Part shown: piece by piece, positions 13,490 to 26,665 of the stretch | Layout: the number at the start of each line of letters is the position of its first letter | Numbering within the stretch: position 1 is the first letter of the stretch | NCBI RefSeq assembly: GCF_964204645.1 | Contig: NC_134028.1 | Coordinates: forward strand, 18,421,653-18,485,652 | Length of the DNA: 64,000 nucleotides | Source: Tubulanus polymorphus | Lineage: Eukaryota; Animalia; Nemertea | Direction of reading: 5' to 3' | Program-made: the position numbers and the translations under genes | The notes under the pieces: model-generated | Told to the model about the DNA's origin: nothing | Database searches by the model: none | What the model saw: only the letters and a program-made list of their open reading frames with translations

Positions 13490-15480
13490 GTATCTGAGGG
13501 AATTCTCGGCCTTGCAAAGGATGGTCTAGCCATGAGTGTCCGTTTTGCGGGGATTTCAGACTTTATTGGGGCTGAAGGGAAATATCATTTAAAATGCCAT
13601 TTAAGCTGAGACAGAAACAAGAAAATTAATTTTAGAAAATTATTTGACGCCTGCGAAAAAAATGTAGAATTTCTGGGCTAAGCTAATGTGGAATTGCAAA
13701 TTTGAAATCGAAGTTTTAACAAATTTGGGGAATGATGAGATTTGGCGATTGGGTAGATGATACAGGTCTTCGACTCTAGTAGTGGTTTAAATTTTTTTAT
13801 TGAAAATTCTCAATAATTGATCGCGAACTTGCGACCGACTTCATTTACTTATGCCTCTAAGCGGGTCTGCAACTTCATTGCCTCCATGGTTGAAGAAAGA
13901 GCTCTTCTGATGTCTGCTTCATCATGCATTCATCATGAGCATATCGTGTGGCCTAGCCAGCCGGCCCCGGGCCACAGGTTTTGCTGTCACTCGATATCCT
14001 AGAGTCTTGAGTCTGGGTGGGTTGAAGTAGACATTGTCATTTAAAATAACATGCTTATGTTGTTCTGTATGAATTACCCGTGTGTCATGTATGTTGTATT
14101 AATTTATTTTAAAATTTGTATTTATTGAATTTGGGAATTTTACCCCGGAATTTCAATGTAAAAAGGATCAATAAAGAATTGAATTGAATTGTCACCTAAT
14201 ACACATGCCATCAGAGGACGCGGAGCCGTATATGACAGCTATGCTATTATAAATAGCTAATCTCACGAAACCTGCATACTCCTAATATCAAACATATTTT
14301 CTAAAACGTTTGAATATTGAAATTATATGTTTACACATTTTCATATTTACCGCTTGTAGCCGCTGATGAAATTCACGCCGGCCCTACACACATCGTAGAT
14401 AGCTTCGTCATTCCACCGGCATGCCAACGTTAGGGTCTGACTTTTATATCAGACTTCCAAATCGTGTATACATCCGCCATCCTTTACTATTACAATACGT
14501 CTTCTAATGATATTCAATGCAATATAACATTTCGACGTTCGAATATAGGTCATTATACAATCACAGGAAGCCATTCTACATCTATGTCAATAATATTTTG
14601 CCAGATAGCTTGTTTGTGTACTCATAGACCTGTGACGTTTTGCACATCGATTTACGGCTGTCGTTTGTAAAATGACGCTTAATGGTTAACATTGTTTAGG
14701 TTTCCAAATGGTAACGTTTTATAAGGCGTCAAAAAATTTGAACAATCTGATTCCCGTATCCAGATGGAACCAATACTTGACAAGCTATGTGTATCCCTTT
14801 TGTACGGGCTTAATGCAGGTAATGCCTATGAAATGAAAGACATTTCAGCCAAATATCCCTTCATGTGTCATGAAAAATCAGTTGAACCACGGAGGCGATA
14901 TCTTGCTCGCCCAAATGCATTTTATGAGGATATTGAATATCGAAGTGATCACACCGTAACTGTCATCCACTCTCTAGAACAAGCACATTCGTGCTTGTTA
15001 TATCCAAGTAAATATTATAATAATACGCTAAGAAGATCTCTAACTGAAATCAAAAATAGAGATGATGAAGTTGAGGTCACATTCCAGACAGAATATCTAA
15101 ATAACGTAGAAGAAATTGCTTATGTCGTATTCCAAATTCGTAATGATATTTACAATATACCTGAACAACAGTGTATCTGGAATGATATTGAACAGAGAAA
15201 AGTTGATAAAATGATACCCGAGATTTCTAAGCTCTTGTTGAACATATTGTTAGGAAAGGCAAACACTATAGAACCCTAGGTCTAAGCTCTAAGAAAAAAG
15301 TCATGGACAGTTTGGCACAGAAAACAACGAAGTTGACAATCTTGATATAATAAAATTAAAATAAAATCTCCACAAATTCCATGATGCCAGGTCCAAATAT
15401 TTTCCGGCCTTATTTGGAGATGGTATCGATACTACTAGACTGTATTCAAGCGAAAAGAGATGGAAATTGGATGTTGCACC
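13490..15480 (+). mobile_element. Academ-like DNA transposase N-terminal fragments, split by an insertion of about 1.1 kb
   Basis: 13490-13609 translates VSEGILGLAKDGLAMSVRFAGISDFIGAEGKYHLKC, matching the D-x-x-A-E-x-x-Y-H-x-x-C motif I associate with Academ-type transposases. The 171-aa ORF 14764-15279 (LC..LLYGLNAGNAYEM; IRNDI; IPEISKLLLNILLG) fits the region expected next. Family call is from memory. Confidence 0.5.
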
Positions 15481-16320
15481 TTCAAGCTGCAACCAGGAAC
15501 CTTCCTAATCTGTTTGTGTCAATTTTCAGCGTACAATAAATTGTGATCACCGTATTATAGAAATCGACATTTACTTTGTTCAGTTTTAACTTGAAGTGTA
15601 ATACGTTTAGGGCCGCGAGCTGGTAAGAGAGTTTGTGGATATTTTCTGCATGTTGGGATGGTCGGCATTTTAACAAGAAATGTTTTGTTGTTAGTTGGGC
15701 GTTCCAAAACGTACACATTGGGCTGTCTATGTTTAAAAAATTGTGCTAAAAAGATGCGCTTTTAGAAGATCGGATCTTAATCTGTTAAGGCAGATTTCTT
15801 CTTCTCTGTTTAAGTTTTTCAACATGGACGTACTAATAACCTTTGCAGTTGATTTTCGGAAACTAATTTTTGATTAAAATGCGGAAAGTATTCCTAAGAG
15901 ATTGAAGTGTAATGTTCCAGCATTTCATAAGTGTAAATTTAGGAGATTTCCTTGTTTTTTGCGATAGCAATGCGGGAATTTCAAAAGGTCTGCTTGAGCG
16001 AGTGGGGAGGGTGTGTGGTTCAAACATCGTTCTAATGTAAACAGGGAAGTGTCCATGGGAAACCTTATACATACATAAATATTCGATGTCTTCTGGTGCG
16101 ACGGGAGGATAAATTTTGCCAGTTTAAAACAGACAAGACATTATTAGTACTAGTTCCTTGCATACATTCAGATACCAAGAGCGCAGCTTTGTAAGGAAGC
16201 CTTTCTAAACGATCAAGGACGGTTTTGTTTGCACTATTGTATAGTATGTCGCAATAGTCAAAATGAGGGAAAATAAACGAGTGGTAAATTAAGTTTAAAT
16301 GGTGGGAGAGGAAATCAGAA
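15480..16320 (-). mobile_element. CR1/L2-group LINE, 3' part of ORF2 (frameshifted)
   Basis: LIYHSFIFPHFDYCDILY...LNWQNLSSRR...FMYKVSHG, and the C-terminal T(T)KHFLLKC motif. Confidence 0.8.
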
Positions 16321-16338
16321 ATATCAACTCTGTACTTG

Positions 16339-16557
16339 GATATACCACCCAAAATCTGGCTCAGATATGTTGATGATGTCCTTGCTTTATTGCCCTGTGA
16401 TTTTAATGTTGATAATTTCCTTTTGTATCTTAACTCTCTATAACCATGCCTAAATTTAACTTACGAATGGGAATCTAATGGTAAAATGCCGTTTCTTGAT
16501 GTTTTAATTATCAACTGCATGTCCTCTTTAAATTTTTCAGTTTATGGGAAGCGTTCC
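16339..16557 (+). mobile_element. Penelope-like element RT fragment
   Basis: DIPPKIWLRYVDDVLAL...FLLYLNSL*PCLNLTYEWESNGKMPFLDVLI...FSVYGK: PLE RT motifs WxRYVDD, E.NG.LPFLD and VYRK. Confidence 0.85.
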
Positions 16558-16627
16558 TGTTTCGTTGATGATTATAATTGAGTTGGATTGTGAGTCCTGG
16601 AAACTCGCCTTACCTGACTTCATTTTG

Positions 16628-17550
16628 AAATAAATTGCCCATGGGCAAAGTGTGGTTTACCTTGAAAGCTAGAGGTTGTTTGGAGTAAAGGCATTGCTTG
16701 AAAAAAAAATCTTTTTAATTCGTGACTTCAAAGTTCTATAAGATTATATTGTATTTTATCTTTCTTAAAGAATTATTTTGTAGTCAAATAAGACCAAAGA
16801 TAAACATTTGTTTGTGGTCTACGTCCAAAATTTCGTAGGGTACAGGGAGGCGCGGCATTGGAAACTATTTTATATTTTCAAAGAAATATTTTTCACAACA
16901 TGAAAAAATATTCAAATAAAATTCATATGATGTCACACATCAGAGGGTGGCTAAATATTGAGTCTTGCAAACGAAACCTTTTCGAATGTATGGCCGCGGA
17001 TACTAAAACTGGGGTGTAGTATTATATCGTTTTAAATCCGTTAAATTAACCACTACAATATTCAGACCTCGACCTATACCTATAGTTTGCTGCTTAGTAT
17101 TTTCCGTTCACAAGAAATTATGACTTTTTACAAATTCTATCAAACAGAAACACAGCGCTCATCTGCTACGACGATTATTCAGCCTGTTATCATACCAAAC
17201 GTGCACGCGCCAAGCAGGGTTACAGCATCACCATATAGTAGTCTGCATGAGCGTGTGTTTGTGTGCGCAACAGTCTAATGTTAGCACTCCCGCGCACGTG
17301 GAGACCTTAGTGAACGTTCGCTTCACTACTATCTTAATCAACACATTCACCGGGTATTAAAATGAAACAATACCTATGGCGATATGTGAATTTTTATATT
17401 CTCACCAGCAATGAGCATTTAAAATTCGCACATATACGGCACCTAGTCCAATGAAACGTTCGCCATTAATGGCTTTCCCATAATTATTTTAGTAGCGCCG
17501 GGAATTCCCCGTATATCCCAAAAACAGCCAATCACATTCGCTCGTAGAGA
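16628..17550. repeat. ~0.9-kb repeat, copy 1
   Basis: Collinear with 18176-19010 from aaataaattgcccatgggcaaag to cacattcgctcgtagaga. Confidence 0.85.
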
Positions 17551-17559
17551 TGAAAAAAG

Positions 17560-18075
17560 TTTGATAAAAGTTTGTTGAATCAAAAGTTGCAACGAAGCTG
17601 TCACCTGAGCTGAAAAAAGAAAGCAGTTGACCGAGTCTTGGTCCAAAGTTGAGCATAGGAATTTAGAGCGTTGTCTCGTGTAGAAATATCAGACGCTGAA
17701 ATATCGTTTATGATGAATGCTCATCAGGAAGCCTTTGCATGAATATCGCATGTTGGTTGCGGAAGGAAAATACTTGGGATTACTCCAAAATCAGATGAAT
17801 GCCGATAATCTGACCAAGATAACATTGACTGATGAAACTTACCATTCGAAAATATCACAACCTCGGTATTAGATCATATCTGGGAGAGAAGCGCTTCGAT
17901 AAGCTGAAAACGGATGCAATGTGTGCATATATAGTAAAGTTGAAGCAGGGAGACAAATAATGGCTCCACTCCCAGATTATACGTCTCCATTCATTATTTC
18001 GAGCATTCAGTACTACTGCGGTGGACTATGTTGGTCCATTCTTAACGAAACAATGCCACGAAAAGGTTCCTACCA
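17560..18075 (+). mobile_element. BEL/Pao integrase remnant
   Basis: QIMAPLP near 17955 and RAFSTTAVDYVGPFLTKQ near 18000-18055. Confidence 0.75.
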
Positions 18076-18175
18076 AGGTGCCATAACCTGAAACCTATGA
18101 ACTTGAAACTAATCAAAGAAACAATCATAGAAATACCAAGTATTTGTACTATTCAACACCCCCTGGTGACCATTT

Positions 18176-19010
18176 AAATAAATTGCCCATGGGCAAAGTG
18201 TGGTTTACCTTGAAAGCTAGAGGTTGTTTGGGGTAAGGGCATTGCTTGAAAAATCTTTTTAATTCATGACTTCAAAGTTCAACAAGTTTAAATATTGGAT
18301 TATTTTGTAGTCAAATAAGACCAAAGATATACATTTGTTTAGGCGCGGCATGGAAACTTATACTTTCAAAGAAATATTTTTCATAGTATGAAAAAATATT
18401 CATTCATATGATGTCACATATCAAAGGGTGGCTGAATGTATGGCTGCGGAAGCTAAAATACCGGTAGTAAGAAATCGGCCCATTAGATCGTTTTAAATCC
18501 TGGAAATCACCACTGACTACAATATTCAGACCTCGACCTACGTAACCTGTAGTTTGCTGCTTAGTATTTTCAGGTTACAAGAAATTACAATTTATTACGA
18601 ATTCTATCAAACAGAAAACACAGCGCTCTTCTTCTGCTGATGAAATGTCAAACGCGCCAGCAAGCAGCGTTACAGTATCACTATAGTAGTGTATACTGTA
18701 CGCGCATGTGTTTGTATGTGCAAGAGCCTAATCTAATGATTTCCGCGCGCACGTGGAGGCCTTGTACGTGTAAGTGAATGTTCGCTTACACTTCAATGCC
18801 AATCAAATCAATCACCGGGTATTAAAATGAAACAATACCTATGGCGGATAATAATTACATTCTCACCAGCAATGAGCATTTGAAATTCGCACGTTTACGG
18901 CACCAGGTCCAATGAAACGTTCGCCATTCTATGGCTTTCCCATAAATATTTTAGTAGCGCCGGAATTCCCCGTATATCCCAAAAAAGCCATTCACATTCG
19001 CTCGTAGAGA
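18176..19010. repeat. ~0.85-kb repeat, copy 2
   Basis: Direct, diverged copy of 16628-17550 with several indels. Confidence 0.85.
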
Positions 19011-19159
19011 CAACGCCACCCAATCCAGGTCATTGCAATTTTATACGCGAGAGCTTAGAATTTTCCCGCCAAAAACAGTTTTTCGTAGAATTTTTACTCA
19101 GTTGACCATTTCGTCGACGTAGGTTAGCCATGTCTTCAATCGCATCGATTATACGTCAT

Positions 19160-19700
19160 TTAACCCGAAAACCAATGAAAAAAACGTACCGCGATATTAC
19201 ATGAATTGGCTTAATGCCAACATCATATCGCTGATAAAGGTAAACCGAAAAACCAATGACCTTCAAACTCCCTACAATCATAGCACATGTCATGAACTAC
19301 AAATTTGCAATTGATTGTTGTAATAAGCCTAGGTACCAATGTAGTATGGAAATATTAAGCTATTGTACTATTCAGCGCCTTCTGGTGATCATATACAAAT
19401 ATCAATGACCTTAACACCCACCACAATCAAAGAACATGTCATGAGCTATAACCTGGCAATTGATTGTGGTTAAAAAAATACATACAAATGCAGGTGCCAA
19501 TATAAATAGACAAATTGTATATGATTCAATATTTAACTCCCAGGTGGCAAGAACAAAGAATCGCCGGGTGATCTCAATTCCACATAAGATGTTTCCTATA
19601 CCAGTGCTAATAAAATGCAAATAGCAAGACTACATTCTCATACGACAAATAAAAACTCTACAAGGAACTATATATGACTTGATAGCCAAATGTACATTTT
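19160..19700. repeat. Dispersed repeat family with internal subrepeats (other copies near 18080-18175, 28260-28760, 43120-43440, 50435-50520)
   Basis: Recurrent motifs ttcaacaccccctggtga, aatgaccttgaaactc, acaatcatag and catgagctacaaatttgcaattgattg. Possibly Helentron-associated, not established. Confidence 0.7.
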
Positions 19701-20860
19701 CAGAATCCAAGTTTGCTGCCAATCAGCAGTCTTGGATCCGATCAGCACAAATATCTGACTCCTTTTATGGTCATACAAAATATAAATTCGGATTCAATGG
19801 CGATCGGACAAAAATTTCGGTCTGTAGAGCGTTCACAAGAAAGCTGATGCATGTACGCACACAGGCACACCAAACTACCACTATGACCCAGTGGTACAGC
19901 GTAAGCCCGACTGGCCTTTTACCAAGCAAGCTAACCAGTAAGCCCGTTACAAGTTACAAATGATTATAGAGTGATTGACTACGAAATCCTTTGCCAGTAA
20001 ATCTTGGACTGTTGTGTCATATCATATCTCAATATTCGGGTTTTAACAGGAGATAAGGAGTATATATAGTTATAATAGTAGGTTTATATGCAATCAGTGG
20101 TACAGCAATCAAATCAGTCGAAAAATCAACCTACGCATGCTTTTTGAATAGACAACGAAACCTAGCAACAAGCTGACGAATCAGCATTTGTGTTACAAAA
20201 ATGCACGTGTAAACATTGCAGTTTTTACATGCATATTTTGAAAAAGACTGTTCATATACTTTTTTTCTATGGGCCCAAAGTAATGGTAAAAATCAAATTA
20301 TGATTAAAGGACATTTTCCATCAAAATTGCACTTTCCATGATTACTTAAACAGATTAAAATTTAGTACATATAACCACCAGAGATTTGATCAATCAATGT
20401 CTCTCACATGCCGTACATAAGTAATTTATCCATCACTTCGTGCATGAAGTTCACACACATCCCACAGTGGCGCTATTGATGATGTTATCTCTGACAATCG
20501 ACGCAAGCATGTGTACGCGCTAGTTCATGTAAGCCTATATATAATTGATTAAATAAAAAACATTTCTTTGCTGTTTTCAAAGAACCATAGCACTTGTTTA
20601 TTATGTCATGCATAACAGTAGCGACAGTATACGATGGTAAGGGATAATTAATTCAAAAACACTTCCAAAAGGATAAAATTCCCTATGAAATGTCAACTGA
20701 AATTATGGAAGCCACTAGCATTTGGCAGGAAAGGATTGGAGTATGACTCATGTATGCATGCGCCAGCATTAGAAAATAAACCAGTAGCAGTATAGTGTTC
20801 ATATAGTAACCACGTATTCTGTTACTCCGTCTCGTAGCATTTCATGCAAATCCTACAGTT

Positions 20861-20877
20861 TGGTGCCATGACCAGGA
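20861..20877 (+). promoter_or_regulatory. Primer-binding site, tRNA-His-like
   Basis: TGGTGCCATGACCAGGA lies 3 nt after the LTR end ...TCCTACA and resembles the complement of the tRNA-His 3' end (TGGTGCCGTGAC). Confidence 0.7.
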
Positions 20878-22186
20878 TGCCTGATCAAGGATATGAACAA
20901 GAAAACCAAGCCCAAGCACTATCTCAGTTTGAAACGAAGCCGGGGGCCTACCGAGGCATCGTCAATAAACTAATAAAAGTGGCACTGGGCAAAGACCATC
21001 AAGATTCAAGCGAAGACCTACAAAAAATGGTCGAACGCAAGAAGACAAGAAGATGACATCAATCGAACAATTGACGAACAGATCCTCGATGAAACTGAAG
21101 ATGACTCCTTGGACACTTGGAGATCTTAGATACAGATACATACAACAATGACGTTAGAATGCGAGGTAAAATATTAAAACTCGTCAAACAGAAAACGAAG
21201 CCAGATAACTCAACACCAACTCCAAAATCAACTATCAACCAGAATTCAACAAAACTGCCTAAAATCAAACAACCGGAGTTTAAGGGAGAGCAAATTAATT
21301 GGATTACGCTCAAAGAAATCGCTGTCTGAATTGCTGGTCCACAAAGACACGAGACTCGCTGATCTAAAAACATTTCGGTACCTACAAGCACAATCAACAG
21401 GTGACGCACTAAAAACTATATCGGGATTATCTACTATGAGCAACAATTATATTCACGCCATAGATTTATTAACAAAACCGTACGGTCAAAGCCACGAGAT
21501 AACCCAAATATGACGACACGTCTTGATATGAAAAACCCAGACATTTCCGCGGATAGTATGTGTTTCTATCACGACAATATTGAAAATTGTGTCCGTGGTT
21601 TGGAGTCACTCGGCACAACAGAGGACACTTATGGAGATTCATTAGTACCTATCATAATGGGACATCTACCAATAATCTGTGGAACCAAATTGCGCGGGAG
21701 CATGGCGATTCTTAGTGGACTTTCAAAGAAATACGTGATGCTATAGTTAAGGAAATTACAGCCAGGCAAATCGGATCAGAGCAGTCTGAACATACAGATG
21801 AAACTCAACCATCCGCTATAGTTACTTCCATGAGAGACCTATGAAGCCCAGTAAGACATATGTACCATCACCAGGACCTAAATTCAGTATAATCTTTACA
21901 TAATGTAAAACAGGCGACCACAAATCGCATGAATGCAACATAGTCGAGTCGGAAGGTAAACGCTAATATTTAAACGAGATGAGGTTTGCATCAAAGATTT
22001 ACGTAAAGACCACATGGATCCCATTAGCCAAGCGAAATATACATTTAGATTCTGCAAGTAGTTTGATTCATCACTAAATATAAATGTAAAGGAGGTCAAG
22101 TACGATGAAAACGCTTAAGTGATCAATATGCAAACATCATCACTGGGAAATGAACTACTGAAAACAGCCCAGGCTCCTATAGGATA

Positions 22187-22188
<2 letters not shown>

Positions 22189-22281
<93 letters not shown>
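22189..22281. repeat. (AT)n microsatellite
   Basis: Uninterrupted AT dinucleotide run of about 93 bp inside the BEL protease region. Confidence 0.98.
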
Positions 22282-22283
<2 letters not shown>

Positions 22284-22743
22284 CAATAATCAAGTTTCCA
22301 CTACAATAATTGGTTTAATGAAGGCGCTCAAGGCACTTATATTACCCGTCTCAAAGCTGTAACCCTTGGCTTTGATTTGCACAGCTCTGAGACGGAAAAA
22401 CAAAACCTTTCTGGCTTTGGCGGGAAATCATTTAGTTGGCAAGATTATCCCATCTTCTACATTGATCTAATTACCAGAGTCGAACCCAAGAACATTTGCG
22501 TCTACGTAATACCGGAATTATCTGAAAAATTACATGCAGGGAACCGTTGAAAAATTCTTCTATTTACAAAATCTGGAATTGGCTGACCATGTAACGTCAA
22601 ATTCATTCAAAATCGATCTGTAAATCGGAGGCGATTACTACTGGCTCATCGTCGGCGACGAACACATCGGAGGAGACGAACACCAGTTGTAGATAGTTCT
22701 CAAATTGGTTGGCTGATGAGCGAGCCGACATTGATAAACATAA

Positions 22744-24250
22744 GGCCTTGAAGCATTGGTAGATTACACTGTGGTAAGGTATTAACTGGTTAACGTATTA
22801 CATCTGCCGGTAAATGTTCTGTGACGATGTTGATTGGGAGACCACAGTATTAAGGTCAATTTGTTTTAGTACTGTTAGTACAATTTTCATTCATGCTAAA
22901 AATTAATTTCATTTTTCTGACGAACAATTTAGCCTAGGCTATTTGTATTGTTTAACCTCATTAATGCGATTCTGTTAAAAAGACGAAATTAGTTTATTCT
23001 TGTCTTCCATGATGTCCCAGCTAAGATATTTATATCAATCAAGATTTGTATACAAAAACCCATTTAATAAAACAATTTCGGCACTTTCGCCTACACGAGA
23101 TTCGTAACAACGATGTACAATTGTAAGGGTAATTTCGACTGACTGTGGAGCAGGACTCGAACCCACTTGTCGTCACTAAGCACTGAGAGTGGATTCAACA
23201 GCACTGCGCCTTATCTCACTGACACTAAGCTACTGAGGCCATTCGAATAAATTCCCCAAAAATGTGCAGCAGCGCGGCAAATAACCATCACAATTTTGCA
23301 ATTTACGACAAACAACGTGTAAATTTAATCACTGTTGTGGTGTTCAACACATGGAAAAGATAATAAAAGTTATTTTCTCCCGGCGCGCATTACAAAGCGA
23401 ATCTATCTGCCGAGTGCGTACAGGGCTGCTACCGCCTCCTAAGTGCGCAGGAAGCGGGCAGCGCATCTTTAAGTGAAAACGTATCTTAGAATATGGCTGA
23501 ACCGATGGAATTTTACAATAAACTGTCAGCCAACTGATTGATGATACAACATGGCTGTTCTCGGCGTACTCAACAATGATATTTTCCTCCAATAAACAAC
23601 TCTGGTAAAATTGAATAAAATGATCTATCTTTATTGGTGATATCGTATCATGGGTGGTAGCCTACCGTAACTGATGTTTTGTGTCATCATGAAATGGTTT
23701 TAACTTTAGTAAAGGCGTTCCCGCACGATCACATAGCTTACCTATGCGGGTTTCAGTCATGAGTAGGCCTGCGCTTCCACTGCTCTAAAAATACATATTC
23801 TGCCGTTGAGAATTAATCCCAATTAGTTCCATTTGTTCTGATAGTTGGAATAACAGTGATATTCAAACACTATGACATTTATAAATCGGGGGTACATAAA
23901 TCTTTGTTTTTCTATTCGCCATTCTTTACTACTAATGTCAAAGCGGGCATATCACTACGCAATTGCTTAACCCCTCCCATCTACCAGATAAATAACGAGA
24001 AAATGCGATTGAATAACTTTTTGGACCATTAAATCAGAAATCTGGTGACGCACTGTTGTGGGGAATTACTGAAACATTATTTTCAGTCCTTTTCAGCTGT
24101 TTCTATTGTTTTACGTGAACGGAGTGACAATTTGAAGTTACTAAGGAAATGAGTAGAGTCGGCGCTATTTTTTCGTACAACTATTTTCGATCCATTTTAC
24201 TAGCTTTGGCATGACGTCATAGACGTCAACCAATGCTAATAATGTGTTTC
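22744..24250. mobile_element. Non-coding insertion in the BEL element; dispersed family (reverse copy about 34175-34420, terminal copy 25543-25580)
   Basis: The start GGCCTTGAAGCATTGGTAGATTACACTGTGGTAAGGTA matches the reverse complements ending at 34420 and 25580. Right boundary is approximate. Confidence 0.6.
23141..23233 (-). other. tRNA-derived (SINE-head-like) remnant
   Basis: Minus strand has B-box GGGTTCGAGTCC and an A-box-like GTAGCTTAGTG; no complete cloverleaf. Similar remnant at about 60462-60532. Confidence 0.35.
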
Positions 24251-25869
24251 AATACTCACCAGATAGCAATGATACAACATCGTCGTTTGAAACATACCAT
24301 GAGAGGACGAAAACGGAAAACATATCGCATCGCTACCGTTGAAAGAGGACCACGAACCTCCTCCAACTAATCGCGATATGTGCGTGAAAAGAACCCGATC
24401 AATGATCGATCATTGATTCGGAAACTAGATGACAAAACTACAGAAACTCACGACAAAATGATCAATGATCAACATAAGCGAGAATTCACAGAAATAGTAC
24501 CAAAGGAAAACGAAAATAAAGAGGAAGGTCATGACTTGACTCATCATTCCGTACACAAGATTCTGAGACGACCCCCTGCCAAGTTGTGTATAACTGTAGT
24601 TCTAAATCGGGGGACAAGCTGAGGTTAAACGATGATCTAGAACCGGCGCGTCACTTATTAAAGATTTGGTCGCTATCCTTCGGCGACTTCGCGTAAAAAG
24701 CATTGGAATAAGTAGTGACATCAAGAAACTGATCTTGAAAGTTAAATTAAAACCGGAAGTTAGAAAGTTTACTAAATTTCTATGGCTTTCAGATCCTGAG
24801 GAAAAAGAGAGTGAGTTTATAGTGTATATAAGTTTACATCTTCGTTATTTGGCTCGAAAAGTTCACACTTTATTCTTAATTCAGCGTTAAAGCACCATAT
24901 TGAGAATGATGGTTCAGACATCTCAAAGGACATAAAAACGTAATATCTTAGTGGATAACATTCTCAGCAGCATGTTGACGGAAATGCGACCTGATATTAT
25001 GAAACACAACGCAATGAGAGTACTATTGCTTGTAAATTACTTGTATTATTGTACGATCACTCTTGTTTATTTTTTGCTACTTTTCAAGTAGAATTTAAGT
25101 CTTAATTTGTCTATTCCTTAATTTGTCATTTGATCACTTTGCTAGCCTGCAGTACCAAAGAAAATTGAAGTATGACTCTTGTAATCTATATAACATCTTC
25201 AAATATGTATCACACCTGTATGCATGTGTGAGAATTAGAACATAAACCAGTTGCAGAATTATAGCGTTCATATAGTAACCACGTATTTTGTTACTCCATC
25301 TCTTAGAGTTTTATGCAAATCCTACCACATCAGAAATGCGCACCTGCTTACATATACAATAACAGTGAGCACATGCTGAAATTGCTGATTTTAGTCATAC
25401 TTCTCTGTAATGGCTACACTAAAATTCGAAACAGTAACATATCTGAAATTTGTGAGTATATCACGTTTTAGAATAACTGTTAAACAACATTCTATTTTGA
25501 TCGCACATGCATCTTTGGAACTACTAATCACTAACCATATGATACCATATCACAGTATAATCTACCAATGCTTTAAGGCCCATAAAGATCATGTATTGTT
25601 GTTTTATTGTTATTATCCTGGTGATTTGTGGGGAACTGATGATACTTTGTTATTTAGTTTTCATAACAAATCATATACAGAAGGTCCATGAACTGCGAGA
25701 CTCGTATCTGTGTACAATCTAAAGCAATTTTGTGCACTAAGCGGCAAAATCTAGCAAACATCATCCCAATCTGGATTACCCATGATTTTGTTACAAAAAA
25801 TGATGACTTGGTTGTATTGTTTTCTTCTAATGTCCACCTATAATATCACCCAATTCACTTTAAGTGTAC

Positions 25870-25964
25870 CTTCGTGTATAGTGCGCCAGAAAGTTTACAC
25901 ACTCCTAAGTATTTCTTCTGATTACCAGTATTTTCTTGTGAAACCAAATCATCAGTTAAAAATC
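25870..25964 (-). CDS. POLL: DNA polymerase lambda exon (palm)
   Basis: (G)[31 protein letters not shown]. tttacag acceptor, gtac donor, 95 nt, phase 1/0. Confidence 0.95.
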
Positions 25965-26200
25965 CTGTAAAAATATACCTTATCAAACTTAACAAACTTG
26001 ATCACTCCTTAACACTATAGAACTCAGTTCAACAGTTGTGCGTTAAAAGCGTGGAATTGGTTCCTTAAATATGACTTGACAGCAAATGCCTGATTTAATG
26101 ATATTGGTCCTTAACAAAATAACGTTCAGATATACCTTTTTTCAGAAAAAGTAGTATTACTTAATGACATACACAAAATTTTTAACTACCAACAATTTAC

Positions 26201-26369
26201 CTTGCGATGTAAGTTTTTCAAGTAATTTAGAGAAAACTCCTTTATGTGACTTGCCATCTGGATGAGTAATGAGTACATCTACATCTCCACATGTTGATTT
26301 TCCTCTTCTGAACGATCCACAAGCCATAGCTATTAATCCAGGATCGAACTCAATACATGCATTCCTAAC
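26201..26369 (-). CDS. POLL: DNA polymerase lambda exon (palm, catalytic DxD)
   Basis: [56 protein letters not shown](G) contains the X-family signature GSxRRGK..CGDVDVL. 169 nt, AG/GT boundaries. Confidence 0.97.
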
Positions 26370-26665
26370 CTAAAAGTTAGATGATCGGAAATCTTTGATT
26401 TAAACGGAAAATCAAAAAAGTCCCTTTTAATATCAATTTTGGCCAGAAATGCTTGCCACAACTCTAGATTTAAGAATTTTCAGTAAGACGGATACATCAT
26501 TGAGGCAAGTTGACATTGGCAAGCTAACATACCTTCAGGGGTTCAAAGAAACGTCCCGCTGAAGATGTGTCATAACAAAGCCTAGCATGGATATGCTTAT
26601 ATTAACCAACCCCATTTTAGGTTAAGGGGACAATCTTTGAAATAATGTGGGCTACGGTTACTTAC

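Larger units (their letters stand above)
20715..25327 (+). mobile_element. Decayed BEL/Pao LTR retrotransposon, internally deleted and interrupted
   Basis: Two diverged LTRs (about 20715-20857 and 25140-25327) sharing ataaaccagt..catatagtaaccacgtatt..atgcaaatcctac. Gag DUF1759-like (KLPKIKQPEFKG; FRYLQAQSTGDALKTISGL), protease remnant near 22310-22720 (EGAQGTYIT; IGGDYYW; GWLM), RT 24290-24960 (LNDDLE..; SSDIKK; FLWL). Confidence 0.85.

Noticed and set aside
16628-19010. LTR pair of the enclosed BEL fragment
   Set aside because: No TG...CA ends, PBS or PPT, and no similarity to the BEL LTRs at 20715 and 25140.
23141-23233. Functional tRNA gene (also 60462-60532)
   Set aside because: Only the B-box/T-arm is recognisable and the acceptor and anticodon stems do not pair; treated as SINE-like remnants.
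26201-26369. Assignment to Pol beta, Pol mu or TdT
   Set aside because: DKWR..GY.KA, LITHPDG.SH.G and [11 protein letters not shown] match Pol lambda; mu/TdT have GWTGS and beta has YFTGSDIFN.
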